NCBI GenBank assembly: GCA_964016885.1
Contig: OZ024746.1
Location: 72,106,001 to 72,170,000, forward strand
From: Eledone cirrhosa
Taxonomy: Eukaryota
Length of the DNA stretch: 64,000 nucleotides
Direction of reading: 5' to 3'
The number at the start of each line of letters is the position of its first letter. Positions within the stretch are counted from its first letter, which is position 1. Of this stretch, positions 38,501-51,859 are shown in pieces. The translations under genes were made by a program, and so were the position numbers. The notes beneath the pieces are model-generated. The model searched no databases, had not been told where the DNA came from, and saw only the letters and a program-made list of their open reading frames with translations.

Positions 38501-38986
38501 CGCTCTACTGGGACATGCTCCCACATAGTCCCATCGTGCATCTAGGATACCATTCCAGTCCCCCATTAAAAGTAAGGAGCGAGACGTTCCCAGAAAAGAC
38601 TCTAGACGCTTAAAGAAGTCTGGCCGTGATTGCGATTGCCCGGTCGGGGCATAAACGGCCACCAGTCTGAAGGCTCCACCTCCGATACTGTTCACGTCTA
38701 GGACTACCAGTCTACCCTCCAGGTCCAAGTGTACTTGCTGTACTCCGACGTCCAGGTTCTTCCGAAACATAACAGCCACTCCACCTCCACCTCCTGGCTG
38801 ACAGAGAGATGCGTAGATCTCAAAGTCGTCGAAGATGGGGGTTAGTTGCTGCCTGTTGTGGATTCTGGACTCGGTGATGGCTATCACATCCATACTGTGT
38901 GACCTAAGGTCGTTTAAAAGTTGGCCCTGTTTCCAGGGCATCCCTAGGCCACGCACATTCACGGTTCCAACTCGTAAACCAGCCAT
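35576..38986 (-). pseudogene. ORF2 (APE endonuclease, RT, CCHC) in three frameshifted pieces
   Basis: TVNVRGL, VYAPT, GDWN, SYLDRF, SDH, KSPGLDGLP, RPITLLN, RQGCPLS, AYAVD (degenerate YADD), CPRC. Confidence 0.9.
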
Positions 38987-39027
38987 GTTGGTGAAGAAAA
39001 GTTGGAGAAAAAGGACGAAAGGTGCAC

Positions 39028-40908
39028 TTACCTTTTCGTTTCCTGGAGATCGGGTTGTTCAATCTCCATTTGGGTGCTGGATGGGGTGTTGGGTGGGGTG
39101 GGGAAACCTTTCAACAGGACGCGGTTGATGGCTTTGTAGCAGGGGTTGCCCACGTCCTGTGAAAATTTAATTTTTAGGTCTTTATAGGTTTCCATAGAAA
39201 CCCTTATAAGTTTAAGGTGTGGAGACGATTCTGCCTTGACGAAAGTTTTGCCCTCCGTCTCCACCTTGGGGTTTTGGGAGATGACCTCCATCAAACTCTT
39301 GTTGTTTGTGTTGATGTATGCGTATTGTTGTTTGTGTTTTTGTTGTGTTGTTTTAGTTTTTTGTTCATCCGGGAGTTTTCTTTTTATGGTGGGTGCTTGT
39401 GTTTGGGGTGGTGTTGGTGCTGGTTTTGCTGATAGGGGGATGTTTGACTGTGGTGTTGTTTGTGTTGTTGTTTGTGTCTGTGGTTGTGTGTTGGTGTTGG
39501 TGATTGGAGTTTTGGGGGTTTTGTGGTGTCTCTTTTTTTGTTTTTTAGATTTCCGCGGTTCTCCCTCTTCTTCACTTAAAGAAGGAGAAGCAGCTTCATC
39601 CGTCGATGAATAATCATCGTCAGGTGTGTGGGGTAAGGGTATGTTGTGTGGTGGTGGTGGTGTTTCGGTATGTGTGTTTGTGGTAGTGTTTGATGGAGTG
39701 GGATGGAGTGGGGATGTGTTCTTCAGGGGCGTTGTCTCTGTTTTTTCTGTTGTTGTTGGTTGAGTGTCTGTTTGTTTTGGTGTGGTTGCTCGTTTCGTCT
39801 GTCGTTGTACTTGTGGTGGTGGTGGTGGTGGTTTTGGTGTTGGTGTTGGTAATAGCGTTTTTTTTATGATGTTGTTGTTGTGTGTTTGTGGACAAGAGGC
39901 TTTTAGGTGAGATGTGCTACCACAGCGAAAGCAATGAAATGTTTGTCCTTCTACCGAAATGTTTATTTTGTTGTTATTATCAATAACGACTCTTTCGGGT
40001 ATTTTGGAGATTCTCTCCGGTTTCATTTGCAACAGAATCTCCAAATCGGTGCCCGCCCACCTTTGTCGAATAGATTTTCGTATCGAAAGTATTATGTCTG
40101 TTTCTGGCTCTACAAAGCCAGCCAAGATCCACCAGATGTTAATGCTTGGAGGTATGTTTTTTATTTTTATTTTTTGTGTCCTTTTCCCCATGTATGTAAG
40201 GAAAAAGGTGTATGCTTTTGACACTATTGGTGTCAGAGAGTTTTTTGGGGCGAGTGCCTCGCTTTTAAACAGTACGGAAACACTTCCGTACTGTTTTCCT
40301 CGCTGGAGAAAATCGACATTTCCTAGAATCTCCTTGAAAGAATCTTCTATATCTGCTTGATTAACAAATGTCGGTTTTCTTGACGAATTTGACACAGTCC
40401 TAAAAGTGACTGATCGGCGGTTTGTGTCTTCCTTTATTTCAAGAGGTGAGTTAATTCTAAACCCACCTCTTTCTTCGAAAGTTACAAATTTTCTCCCTTG
40501 CTGGAGCATATCTCTTGCGTTGGAGATATCAAGATTTATAAAATCTTGTTTCTTGTTGACTGTGTCAGCGAAAGATATTTTCTTTTTTTGTGTGGTGTTG
40601 TTGTTGATGATGATGTTATCGTTGTTGGAAACTTTATGTGTAAATGTATCTGTAGAGTTGTTGATGTCTTTTTCATGTGTATGTATGTCAATGGGTTTTT
40701 TTGCTGTGTTTTCCTGTGTGTTATTGTCATTTTTCTCCGCTTCGGCGGTAGAAATTGTAAAATTTTCAAATGTTGATATATTTTTTTCTTTTGTGACAGT
40801 TGTATCTATGGCAACGTCCATAATAGTAGAAGCAGATATAACGTTAATATCTGCCTCTTTCTCTCTCTTTTCTCTATTAACGTTCTCCAGCGTTCTAGTG
40901 TTGCTCAA
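39028..40908 (-). CDS. Intact ORF1 (626 aa): RRM-like region, CCHC knuckle, low-complexity linkers
   Basis: CFRCGSTSHLKASC; lies directly upstream of ORF2. Confidence 0.85.
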   Translation of the reverse strand: MSNTRTLENVNREKREKEADINVISASTIMDVAIDTTVTKEKNISTFENFTISTAEAEKNDNNTQENTAKKPIDIHTHEKDINNSTDTFTHKVSNNDNIIINNNTTQKKKISFADTVNKKQDFINLDISNARDMLQQGRKFVTFEERGGFRINSPLEIKEDTNRRSVTFRTVSNSSRKPTFVNQADIEDSFKEILGNVDFLQRGKQYGSVSVLFKSEALAPKNSLTPIVSKAYTFFLTYMGKRTQKIKIKNIPPSINIWWILAGFVEPETDIILSIRKSIRQRWAGTDLEILLQMKPERISKIPERVVIDNNNKINISVEGQTFHCFRCGSTSHLKASCPQTHNNNIIKKTLLPTPTPKPPPPPPQVQRQTKRATTPKQTDTQPTTTEKTETTPLKNTSPLHPTPSNTTTNTHTETPPPPHNIPLPHTPDDDYSSTDEAASPSLSEEEGEPRKSKKQKKRHHKTPKTPITNTNTQPQTQTTTQTTPQSNIPLSAKPAPTPPQTQAPTIKRKLPDEQKTKTTQQKHKQQYAYINTNNKSLMEVISQNPKVETEGKTFVKAESSPHLKLIRVSMETYKDLKIKFSQDVGNPCYKAINRVLLKGFPTPPNTPSSTQMEIEQPDLQETKR

Positions 40909-41144
40909 GTTTTTTACTTTGTAAAATCTGATATTTTAAAACAAATTTTTTAAAATAAAATTTTCGCCCCTACAGGGGCGAAACATGGGATTACCACCCA
41001 GCTGACAATTCAGCTTGGGGGTTAATCTACAAAGTGTTGTATTTTTTTCAAACAATTAGATCGGTTTTTTGCATAGAAATTAACAAAAAACTTACCGGCG
41101 ATATTCCACACGTCAGACAGAAAGAGAGATAAATAGATAGATAG

Positions 41145-42688
41145 ATTTCTTTATTAGCCACAAGGGCGCAACAAGAAAGGGGACAATACAAAGACATGCC
41201 GGGGATTTTAAATACAGTCGTGTAAAAAATATAAAAACAAACAATTTCAACAATCGAAATCCCCAATAGGGGGGAGGCGCCACAAATGGGTTGTTTAATA
41301 CCCCGTCGATAGAACAACCCTCAACTCGAGGAGCGTGTTGTGCAAGTGCTCCTTTCTTCCTTTTGCTCTCTTCCTCAACCTACAGGCTTATAAACAGAGA
41401 AGGCCCAATCACTCGGGCCATTTTCGCTTCATTCACCCACCTTTCAGTAAATTTACTGGGGTGCAGTGCCCCTCTCTCCACCCTGATTCTCCTTCTAAAG
41501 TGATACTTAAAGAAGGGAATCAATTGTTGTCCGGAGAGAAAGGCATCTGTCCTCAGTCCTCTCAATCTCATCCACCATATAACCTCTTTCATCATAGCCA
41601 CCGTACAGAGGAAAACCGCCTCTCTTTCGTTTTTGAAAGAGTCTGGCGGTTTGATCCTTACTATGGACTGGGCAGTCAACTGGATTTGTCCCATACGCGA
41701 CAGCAGTTGTTCTGCATAGTTCCACAGGTCGGTTACGCCCGAGCAGTGTACAATTGCGTGCAGGACTGTTTCAATGTCCTTCGCACATCTTGGACACGTC
41801 CTCTTGGAAGGATCCCTGCCGGGGCGTCCGTGCCTGTAGATCTTGTCACGAACAGGTAGAGCTCCTCGGTAGCACTGCCAGGCCAGGGACCTCTGGAAGT
41901 TGTCCATAGGTCCGGGCGGAAAGTCCTACCAAAGAGACTGGTGAGCTCATCGTCTTCTATAGAGGGATTGTAACGTACAATCCCTCTATAGAATGTCGCA
42001 GTGGAGTTTCCACTGATTGCTGCGCCCGCTTGCCAGAGGACTGTGAGCGCCTGAGCGCATTCAATGTGCCAGACGCCCATCGTTTTCGGTCTTTTCTTCA
42101 CCCAGGACTGCAGCTCCGTCAGCGAGACGAGCTGTGAGAAAGCCTGTCTCACAAACGGTGCCCACACCGGTTGGGGGTCGGTGAGGAATACCTGGAGATG
42201 CCGCAGCCTCAGCGCATGTTTGCGCATCATCAGCCACCGCAATCCCAGCCCTCCGTTGACAGCATGAAGAAACTGGAAGAGCATGCGTTCCATCTTGGCG
42301 AGGTGTTCACTGGGACAAGGCACGATAGTCAAGCGGTAGTAGATGACGGACGCTATGAAAGTGTTCGCCACCTCCGCTCGTCCTTTCAAGGACAGTTTGC
42401 ACTCTGCCCACTTCTGGGTGAGTGCAAACACCTTCGCTGTGACCTCGTTCCAGTTTTTCTCCACCTGGAGGTCTGGACCGAACCAGACCCCGAGCAATTT
42501 CACCGGTCCGTCCGTCCAGCGTCCAACGACGCTGTCGGACGAAATCGGTTTGCCTCTCCACGTACCGAGTTGCAAACCGACAGACTTGTCCGGGTTTAGT
42601 TTTGCTCCCGTCAGCGTTTCGTATTCTTTCAGTAAGTTGCCGATCACCCCGATTTCCGAGGTGCTCGACACCATTACCTTCACGTCGG
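41145..42688 (-). mobile_element. 5'-truncated copy of the same Tx1 family, (GATA)n on both sides
   Basis: Near-identical to 35341-36950. Confidence 0.92.
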
Positions 42689-42689
42689 T

Positions 42690-42744
<55 letters not shown>

Positions 42745-42761
42745 TATAGATAGATAGATAA

Positions 42762-45700
42762 CTTTCTATTTATTTGCCACCAAGGCATCAAAGATTGAGA
42801 CAAATACAGGGGGGGGGGGAGTTTACATACATTTCAAAGGACGTGTAAAAACATATAACAAATCAAATTCAACAATCGAAGTCCTCAATAGGCAGGGGGC
42901 GTTGACGTGGGTCACACACACCCCCGAAAAAAATATGCAACCCTCCTCCTCAGGAGCGCAAAGAGCGGGTGCTCCCTTCATCTCCTCCTTCTTCTGCTCT
43001 CTCACCTGCAGGCTGATATAGAGAGAAGGCCCATTCACTCGGGCCATTCTCGCCACTTTCACCCACCTTTCGTAAAACTTGCTGGGGTAGAGCTCCTCTC
43101 TCTCCATTCTGATCATTCTTCTAAAATGGTACTTGAAAAAAAGGACCAGTTGTTGGCCGGAGAGAAAAGTGTCTGACCTCAGCCCTTTCAACCTCGTCCA
43201 CCATACAACCTCTTTCGCCATAGCTATCACACAGAGGAAAACCGCCTCTCCTTCGTTTTTGAAGGGGGGAGGCGGTTTGATCATGACAATGTGCTCGGTG
43301 GTCAACCGGATTGGTCCCACCCGCGACAGTAGTCGTTCCACATAGCCCCACAGGTCGGTGACCTTTGGAAGTTGTCCATCGATCCCGGGCCAAACGTCCT
43401 ACCGAACAGACTGGCTAGCTCGTCTTCCTCCATGCCCAGAGCCTCTCCGAGAGCGTCGTCGCACTTGCTGCGCACCAACCCTCTATAGAATGTTGAGGTT
43501 GAGTCTCCACTGATTGCCGGATCCGCGTGCCAGAGGGCCGTGAGCGCCTGGGCACATTCAATGTGCCAGTCGCCCACTTTTCTCGGTCTTTGCTTGACCC
43601 AGGATTGCAGCTCGGTGAGTGAGACGAGTCTCGGAAAGCCTCGCCTACAAAAGGGGCCCACACCGGCTGACCGGCGAGGAATACCTGGAGGTGCCGTAGC
43701 CTTAATGCGTGTCTACGCATCGTCAGCCACGGCATCCCCCCAGCCCTCCATTCAAAGGTTTTGACAGCAGATGGATCTTCTCACCAAAGGGGCCCGCTTC
43801 TTCCAAAGGAATTGGAAGAGCGCGCGCTCCATTTTGGCGGGCGTTTTCGCTGGACAAGGCTCGACGGTCAAGCGGTAGTAGATGCCGGACGCTATATAAG
43901 TGTTCGCCACCTTCGCTCGACCTTTCAGGGATAGTTTGCACTCGGCCCACTTCTGGGCGAGTGCAAACACCCTACCCGTTACCTCATCCCAGTTTTTCTA
44001 CACCTGGAGATCCGAGCCGAACCAGACCCCGAGCAGCTTCACCGGTCCCTCCGTCCAGCGTCCAACGACGCCGTCGGAGGGCATCGGTCTGCCTCTCCGC
44101 GTTCCGAGTTGCAAATCGACGAACTTGTCCCGGTTCAGCTTGGTTCCTGTAAACCTTTCGTATTCCTCCAGTAAGGTGCCGATCTGTCCGATTTCCGAAG
44201 CGCACGACACCATTATTGTCACGTCATCGGCGTAGGCCGACACCGCTTTCCGCAATCCCAGTTCCAAGGGAATTCCCTGCAACAGCTCCAACTTCCGCAG
44301 TAGTGGCTCGAGAGCCAGTACATACATAAGGGAGGAGAGTGGGCATCCCTGTCGGATGGATCGCGCGATTTGGAACGGCTCCGAGAGGTAGCCGTTCACC
44401 TTGAACCTCGAGCAGGTGTTGCTGCTGTGCATTGCAGCAATCCAGCCCCTGAAAACGGGTCCGAAGCCTGCCACTTCTCCCTCCAGGTTCCCGGCGACAA
44501 GAGCCAACCTCTTCGCTAACACCTTGGCCAAAATCTTTAACTCTGTGTTTAGCAGAGTTATGGGCTTGAAGTTATCTATGTCATCCCCCTTGTTCTCGTC
44601 CTTCCTCACCAGCGTGACTACGCCCTTGGTCACAGAACTGGGAATTCTTACGTTCTGTTGCCATTTGCAGTAGACCGCCTCGGGGAGATCGGAGAACAAG
44701 TCCGGCATCACTACATAAAGTTCGTATGGTAGACCATCGAGACCAGCTGATTTGCGTTTGCCGCATTGGCTCAGCACTTCCCCTATTTCAGCGGCTAAAA
44801 TCGGCCTTTCGCAGGACTTAGCCGCCCCGTCCGAGAGCCGCTGCAGACCGTCGAGGTATGGACCGAAATCCATGGCCTCACCCGGCCCGCCGCCCCTCCC
44901 GAAGAGTCGTGCAAAGCGCCGTTGAAAGGCCGCACACACGCTCAGGTTCAAGGATCACGCGTCCATCCTGGTCCTTCAAATACCGATTCGTGGACTTGTT
45001 TCCACTTTTTGCCTCTGTCACTCGGGCCCAGCTAACAGTTTTTGCTCCCTCGTTACCCAGAGCACGTATTTTACTCCTGACAACGCAGCCCTCGTGCTTC
45101 GCGTCAAAGAACTGATCTAGGGCCTTTCTTGACGCCAGAACGCCGGCCACGTTGCCACTCCTAATCGCCTCTTCTACTCTATCTATCAATTCCCTCTCAG
45201 TTCTATTCCTATCTGATGCTAATTCCTGACTAAAACCTATCGATTCTATTCTAATTTCTCTCTTGAGAGAGCCCCACCACCTGCTGTTGACAATTGCCCC
45301 CATCAACCGCGGCTTAACTAGAGTGCTAATTCGCTTACTGTAAGCTTTGTTTGTCGGTAAGGACAAGTTTAGCCTCCAGTAACCGGGTCCTTGTCTATGG
45401 GTTCTATCAAGGTTGACCATTCCGGTCACCAACTTGTAATCCGAATAGTCAACCATGAACATTCGTGGACAGCTTAATATGTGCCTATCCTTATTTCTAA
45501 CTAGGAACCTATCTAGGTACGACCTAGATGTTCCGCTAAGATTAGTCCACGTCCACAGTGGCACAGTCGGAAAATCTAGTCGATATCTATCGGCCAGATC
45601 AAATCGGCCGATTAACCGTTTGAGGCTGTTACACCTCCCTCTATCGGGACATGCCCCTACATAGTCCCAACGTGCATCCAGGATACCATTCCAGAAAGGT

Positions 45701-48185
45701 CTCTAGGCGTTGGAAGAAGTCCGGTCGCGGTGTCTCAGGTGGGGCATACGCTGCCACCAGCCTGAAGGTTCCACCTTCACTACTGCCTACGTCTAGAACC
45801 ACAGAGTCGACCCTCCGGGTCCAGGTGTCCTTCCGTGTTGCGAGGCCCAGGTGTTTTCGCAGCAGAACGACCACCCCGCCCCCACCCCCCGGCTGACAGA
45901 GAGATGCATAGACCTCAAAGTCGTCGAAGATGGGGGCCAGTTGGTGCTCGCTGCTGATCCTGGACTCGCAAATAGCTATCACATCCATTCTGTGCGACCT
46001 GAGGTCATTTAAGAGTTTGCCCTGCTTCCAGGACATCCCCAGGCCGCGCACATTTAAACATCCAACTCTTATAACAGCCATGTTGGTGGTGAAGAGTTTA
46101 GAGTGGAGAAAAAAGAAAAGACACCTACCTGTCCTTCTCCTGGGGACCAGGCTGCACAATTTCCATGGGGTGTCGGCGGGGTTGTTTGGTGGGGTGGTGA
46201 TTTGGGATGTGGTTGGGACATCAGTGTGTGGTAGGGTTGGGGGTGTTTGGTGGGGGAGGGGTGTTTGGGGTGGTGGTGGGGAAACATTTCAAGAGGACGC
46301 GGTTGCTAGGTCTAGTACAGGGGTTCCCCACGTCCTCGGGAAAGTTCTGTTTGAGCATTGCGTAGGTGTCTCTTGGGACCCTAATCATTTTTAAATGCGA
46401 TTTAGTCGCCGCGTTGGTGAACATTTTCCCTTCGGTTTCCACCGAAGGGTCTTTGTCTTTTGTTTTGTTGTTTGTGTTGATGTATGTATACCGTTTTTGT
46501 TGTGTTGTGTTTGTTTTTGTTTGTTGTTCTTGTGTGTGTTTGCGTTTTGTAGTATGTGTTATGTTTTCGGGAGGGGTGGGTTTTTTTGTTTGTGATGTTT
46601 GTTCTGTTTGTGCTGGTGGTTGTATGTTTGTTGCATTTTTGTTAATGTGGTCCCTTCTTTTCTTTCTTTTTACAGGTTGAAAGGGTTCTCCCTCGTCGTC
46701 ACTGGATGACGTTGATAAGGGGTCCTCCTCCGTGTTGTTGGGGAGGGGTATATTTTGGGGTTTTGTTGTGGTTGCTTTTGTATTTGTTTTAGGTGGGGAG
46801 GGGTTGAGTTTGAGTGTCTTGTGTTGTTATTTGTTCGTGTTGTGCTGGTGGTGGTGGTTGTGTTCTTGTGTGTGGGTGGGCAGAAGCGTCTTTTTTTACG
46901 GGGGTGGGTGTATTTAAAAGGGGACAAGAAACCCTCAGGTGACAACTTCTTGAACAGTGGTACCATGAAGGCCGCCTGCCCTCAACAGAAATGTTTATGA
47001 AGGCCGCCTGCCCTCAAAAGAAATGTTTATGAAGGCGACTCCATCCAGGGACACACGCTGCGGTATTCTTGCTATCCGTTCTGGTCTCATTTTGACCAAA
47101 ACTTCAAGGCTATTGCCGCCGAATACGCCCCCGGCGGATTCGCCTATCGAAAGGATTGTGTCCTCATCTCCTAAGAATCCCGTTAGCACCCACCAAATGT
47201 CGCATTTGGCTGATGCCCGAGATTCTTATCTTTTGAGTTCTTTTCCCCAAATATGTGGGGAAAGAGGTGTATGCTTTGGATACAATTGGCGACACAGAAT
47301 ATTTCCGTGCCGCCAATTCACCTTGCAAAAAAACAGATATGCTTCCATACAGTTTCCCTTTCTGTATGAAAGCGATATCCTTCCAGGCACTACTTAGGAC
47401 CAGCCCAATTTCGCTTTGGGACAATTGAGCCGGTTTCTTAGTCGTGTTCGAAACTGTCCTAAAAATTACAGTTCTGAGGACTGTGTCCCTTCTAATTTCT
47501 TCGGGGGAGGTAATTGTGAATTCCCCACCTTCCCCGAAATTTACACAATTCCTTGCTTCTTTCAGAAATTTCTTGGCATTCGAGATGTCCAGTGCCTTGT
47601 ATGTCTGCGTTTCTCGAACTGCCTGTGCGAAGGAGACTGCAGCTGTGGGTCCGTTTTCTTTCGTGTTGTTATCATTGTTGTTGTTGTTGTTATTCGTGTT
47701 GGCTTGCTTTTTTCCTTTGTTGGTGTTGTCATTATTGCTGTTGTAGGTTGTGTTGTTATTGTCATTGTTGTTGTTGTCGGTTGTGTTGTTATTGTTATTG
47801 TTGTTCTTGTTTGTGTAATTGTTACTTTTGGGGTTTTCACCCATTTCCACAATTTTTTCTTTTGATTCCGTGGTGTCTTTTGCGCGAGTGAGGAGGGAAG
47901 GCTTACAGCGTTGTGCTGCTACCTTCTCTCTATCACTTTTCTTGGGGGGGCATGGCATGTGTCGTATTAATGGCGTCCATTGCCACTAAACGACATTTTA
48001 TCGACAACCTATAACTATTAAATTTCGCCCCAAAAAGGGGCGATATTTATTTTACCCAACGTCTGCAGGCCCAGGCGAGCGGTTAAACACAACAAATAAC
48101 AAGTAGCTTAAACAACCCTACCGCTTCTCGTAATAAATTCCGACAAATTGCAGGAGCGAAACAAAAACACGTCTATCTTCTCCGA
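42762..48185 (-). mobile_element. Full-length but decayed Tx1-clade LINE (ORF1 about 47980-46150, ORF2 46082-about 43000)
   Basis: CLNVRGL, SYLDRF, YADD, ORF1 FPEDVGNP; many frameshifts and deletions. Confidence 0.9.
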
Positions 48186-48188
48186 AAT

Positions 48189-48975
48189 GTTTCTTTATTA
48201 GCCACAGAGGCACAAAAGAAGGGGACAAATTCAAAGGGGGGAGTTTACATACAATAAAAACGTGTAAAATATTATCACAAATGCAATTTAAAAATTAATC
48301 GATTTTCCCCAATGGGGGGAGACATTACATATGGGTAACACATACCCCCGAAAACAAAATGTGCAACCCTCATCTCCAGGAGTACGAAGAGTTTGTACTA
48401 CTTTCCTCTTTTTCCTCAACCTACAGGCTGATATAGAGAGAAGGCCCATTCACTCGGGCCATTCTCGCCACTTTCACCCACCTTTCATAAAACTTGCTGG
48501 GGTACAGCACCTCTCTCTCCATCCTGATTCTTCTTCCAAAGTGGTATTTGAAAAAAAGAATCAGTTGTTGGCCGGAGAGAAAGGTGTCTGACCTCAGCCC
48601 TTTCAACCTTGTCCACCATACAACCTCTTTCGCCATAGCTATCACACAAAGGAAAACCGCCTCTCCTTCGTTTTTGAAGGAGAGTGGCGGTTTGATCATG
48701 ACAATGGACTCGGTGGTCAACTGGATCGGTCCCTCCCGCGACAATAGTCGTTCCACATAGCCCCACAGGTCGGTGACGCCCGGGCAGTGTATGAATGCGT
48801 GCGCGACGGTTTCTTCGTCTCGTACGCATCTCGGACAGATCTTTTTTGCAGGGTCCCTGCCCGGGCGCCCATGTCTGTAGAGCTTGTCTCGAACTGGTAG
48901 AGCTCCTCGGTAGCACTGCCAGGCCAGGGACTTTTGGAAGTTGTCCATCGGTCCCGGGCGGAAGATCCTACCGAA
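48189..48975 (-). mobile_element. 5'-truncated Tx1 copy, followed by (GATA)n
   Basis: LAWQCYRGALPVRDKL..CPRC; 3' AATAAA motif. Confidence 0.9.
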
Positions 48976-49006
<31 letters not shown>

Positions 49007-49047
49007 TGTTTATATATATATAGATAGATAGATATGTGTGTATACAT

Positions 49048-49101
<54 letters not shown>

Positions 49102-49119
49102 GTTGAGGAAGCTACTCAC

Positions 49120-49305
49120 AAAGTGTTCATAGAGATCATAGGCAATCTGCACGCTCCTTTTCTGACAAAGGATTGCTTCAATTTTAACCACCAAGGCGGT
49201 TAGCGCAGGTTCGATATTCACGATTTTGAAGAAAACGCTTTCCATATCTTCCGGAGATATTTCTTTCTTACTAGGCCAGGTGTAAGTTTCGAAGAGAGAT
49301 TTACA
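49120..49305 (-). CDS. Host exon 3 CKSLFETYTWPSKKEISPEDMESVFFKIVNIEPALTALVVKIEAILCQKRSVQIAYDLYEHF (DH), phase 0->0
   Basis: ttaCAG acceptor with pyrimidine tract, GTGAGT donor, 186 nt. Confidence 0.87.
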
Positions 49306-49409
49306 CTGTAATTTGCGATGTAAGGGAAAGGTAAAAGTCAATTAGAAAGGAAACAAATTAGGGATGTGGTAAATACTTAAAGAATGAATATATGTATATG
49401 TATGTATAT

Positions 49410-50520
49410 GTATTAGGAACGTAGTATACAGCATAATTCTATTGATTTCTTAATGATTTGTTCAATAGCTAGGATCTGCTCAATGGTGCCTCTTCCAGGT
49501 TGATACGCAGCATGTGTTTCAGGAAATGTGGCGTAAAGGTCTGACTTCACTCGTGCTGCAGTGATACTCATGAAAAGCTTGTAAACGTGAGTCAATAGGC
49601 TGATAGGACGATAGTTCCCACAATCAAGTCTGCATCATGAGACTTATGACTGGAAGCGACTCAGCGACCGTATCGGTATCAGTGAACTGCTCAACATTAC
49701 CAAACTTAGACCAATTACATCAATTGTCAAGTCAAGAGTACTCAAACTATACGGTCATATAAAAAGATCAACTCGTGGTGTGAGTAGGTTATGCCTGGAA
49801 GGAAGGTTGGCTGGTAAGAGAAGCAGAGGCCGGCAGCCAAAACGATGGCTTGATAATGTCAACCTCAGGACTGGACTCTTTAAACTCTGCTGCTGGTGAT
49901 CGAACTTTGTGGAGAAAAAATATCTCATGTTAATGCGCTGTCTACAACTGGCAGAGTTTAGCGTCAAAGTAGTATATAGCATAAGATGTACAAAGGTGTA
50001 GGAATAAGAACACGACTTACATAGGTGAGACGGCATAGGAGAATGAATAAATGAACATTGGCAATAACTCCTTGATGGGGAAAAATCATCAGTACTCCAC
50101 CAACATGCCACTATCGGACATGGGAGCACACTAGAGAATATCGAGGAGTAGCATAACTTCTGTGTGAGCCACAAGGTCACAGTCTTTGGCATAGAGTAAA
50201 TCATTTCCAGTTGTTTGGTAGTGAACATAAACATCATGTTCACAGTCCCCGAAAGCCAGTTGGAATACCATTGCGAAGTACAAAGCAAACAGTGTAGGAG
50301 CAAAAATATCTACATACATACATGCATGGAGGCTGCCAACTCGTTTTCGAGTACGGCCACTACCTTATATCCATGTAGGAGAACCCCTACCGATGCGCTG
50401 AACGAGTGTGACTTTTTAGTCCAGCCAGCGACTTGAAAACTCTGGTACAAACACTACACTTGTGACAATTATTGACACATAGTGCTGGGCCCATGGTGCC
50501 ATGTGACGACAAGTGCAGAA
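49410..50520. mobile_element. Mixed RTE-clade LINE fragments (RT pieces on -, 3' end on + at about 49700-49900, C2H2 finger on - at 50387-50470)
   Basis: NYRPISLL..YQPGRGTIEQI; LYGHIKR..EGRLAGKRSRGRQPKRW; APTLF; CSVCTRVFKSLAGLKSH..H. Confidence 0.7.
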
Positions 50521-50859
50521 AGATCTCCAAACATACATACATACATGCATACATACATACACACACACACATACATACATGGATATATACACACTTACGC
50601 ACACATATACGCACATATACGCACATACATACATGCATACATACATACATACATACATACATACATACATACATACATACATACATACACAGACACACAC
50701 ACACAGACATACATACATACTTACATACATATATATATGCACACACACACACACACACACACATACAACAACAACACCAACAACACCAACAACACCAACA
50801 ACACTATTACCACCATCACCACCACCACCACCTCCAAAAACGATAACAACAAAACATAC

Positions 50860-51054
50860 CTTCTTCAGTATTTCCATATCAAACAGAGTGACTTGCTCAA
50901 TATCGAGTATTATCTCGAGGAGAGTGCGGCATATATTGAGGTGATTCTCCTCCCGGTGACGAATTACCTCTGTCAAGGTGATGGCCTTATCCGAGAGTAC
51001 TGGTAAGTTCACCGGACATAACAGTTCCGTTAGACTGTCGTACATCTTTACGTG
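50860..51054 (-). CDS. Host exon 2 HVKMYDSL..NICRTLLEIILDIEQVTLFDMEILKK (DH helix 1), phase 0->0
   Basis: ttttatcccctCAG acceptor, AG|GTATGT donor, 195 nt. Confidence 0.85.
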
Positions 51055-51859
51055 CTGAGGGGATAAAAATATATGATCAGGTTTTGCTTAACGATTAGTG
51101 GTGCTGGCGGTAGGGGTGCAGGTGATGATGTTGTCGCGTCATTTAATAAAGTGTCTAGTTCTATCAAGAGAGTATGTATTTGTATGTATGTATGTATGTA
51201 TGTATGTATGTATGTATGTATGTATGCATGTATGTATGTATGTATGTATGAGTGTATGTCTGTATGTGTGTTAAAGAGTTCGTTTCATAACCAGTTGGTT
51301 CTAGGTTTATTGCCGCTGCGTCGCACCTTCGGCGAATTCTACTATATACATATATATATGTGTGTGTGGGGGGGGTGCTTTTGTCGAGTAGATCACACAC
51401 ATTGGCAGGCTTTCTATAGCCAGAGGCCCTTCCTACCTATCAATCACTTTACAACTTGTGCTGGGTGCGTTTTTCGTGTAGATCTCCAATAACAAAGAGG
51501 TTGTGGTGTCATTGGCACAACTGAAGAGTCCTCTCAACTATTTTTGACATGATTTCTACAGCGAGATGCCCTTCCTGACGCCAATCACCTTACGGGCTGT
51601 AGCGAGTGCATTTTCGTGACACTGTCACTAGATAGGTTATTGGTCATAGTCCTAACTGAAGATTCCCCTCTGTTCTGGGGAGGGGGCGATAGGGATGTGA
51701 GATAGGTATGAAGTTATAGGTGTATGTGGTGATTTGGCAAGCCTAAAGGGGTGGAATGGATGATAGTGCATGGTGAGAGAAGAAACAAGACAGTCAAATG
51801 GTTGTAATGCCAAAGCCTTTCATGGGGATCAATGTACCTCCCAACATAGATTAGCTGTC

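Larger units (their letters stand above)
35240..41120 (-). mobile_element. Near full-length Tx1-clade LINE in (GATA)n; extra ~55-nt 3'-end copy at 35240-35292
   Basis: ORF1 plus APE-RT-CCHC ORF2, AATAAA end, (GATA)n on both sides. Confidence 0.93.

Noticed and set aside
48421-49341. 306-aa ORF looking like a host-LINE fusion protein
   Set aside because: Accidental read-through from host exon 3 across (TA)n/(GATA)n into a Tx1 fragment; the exon has its own GTGAGT donor
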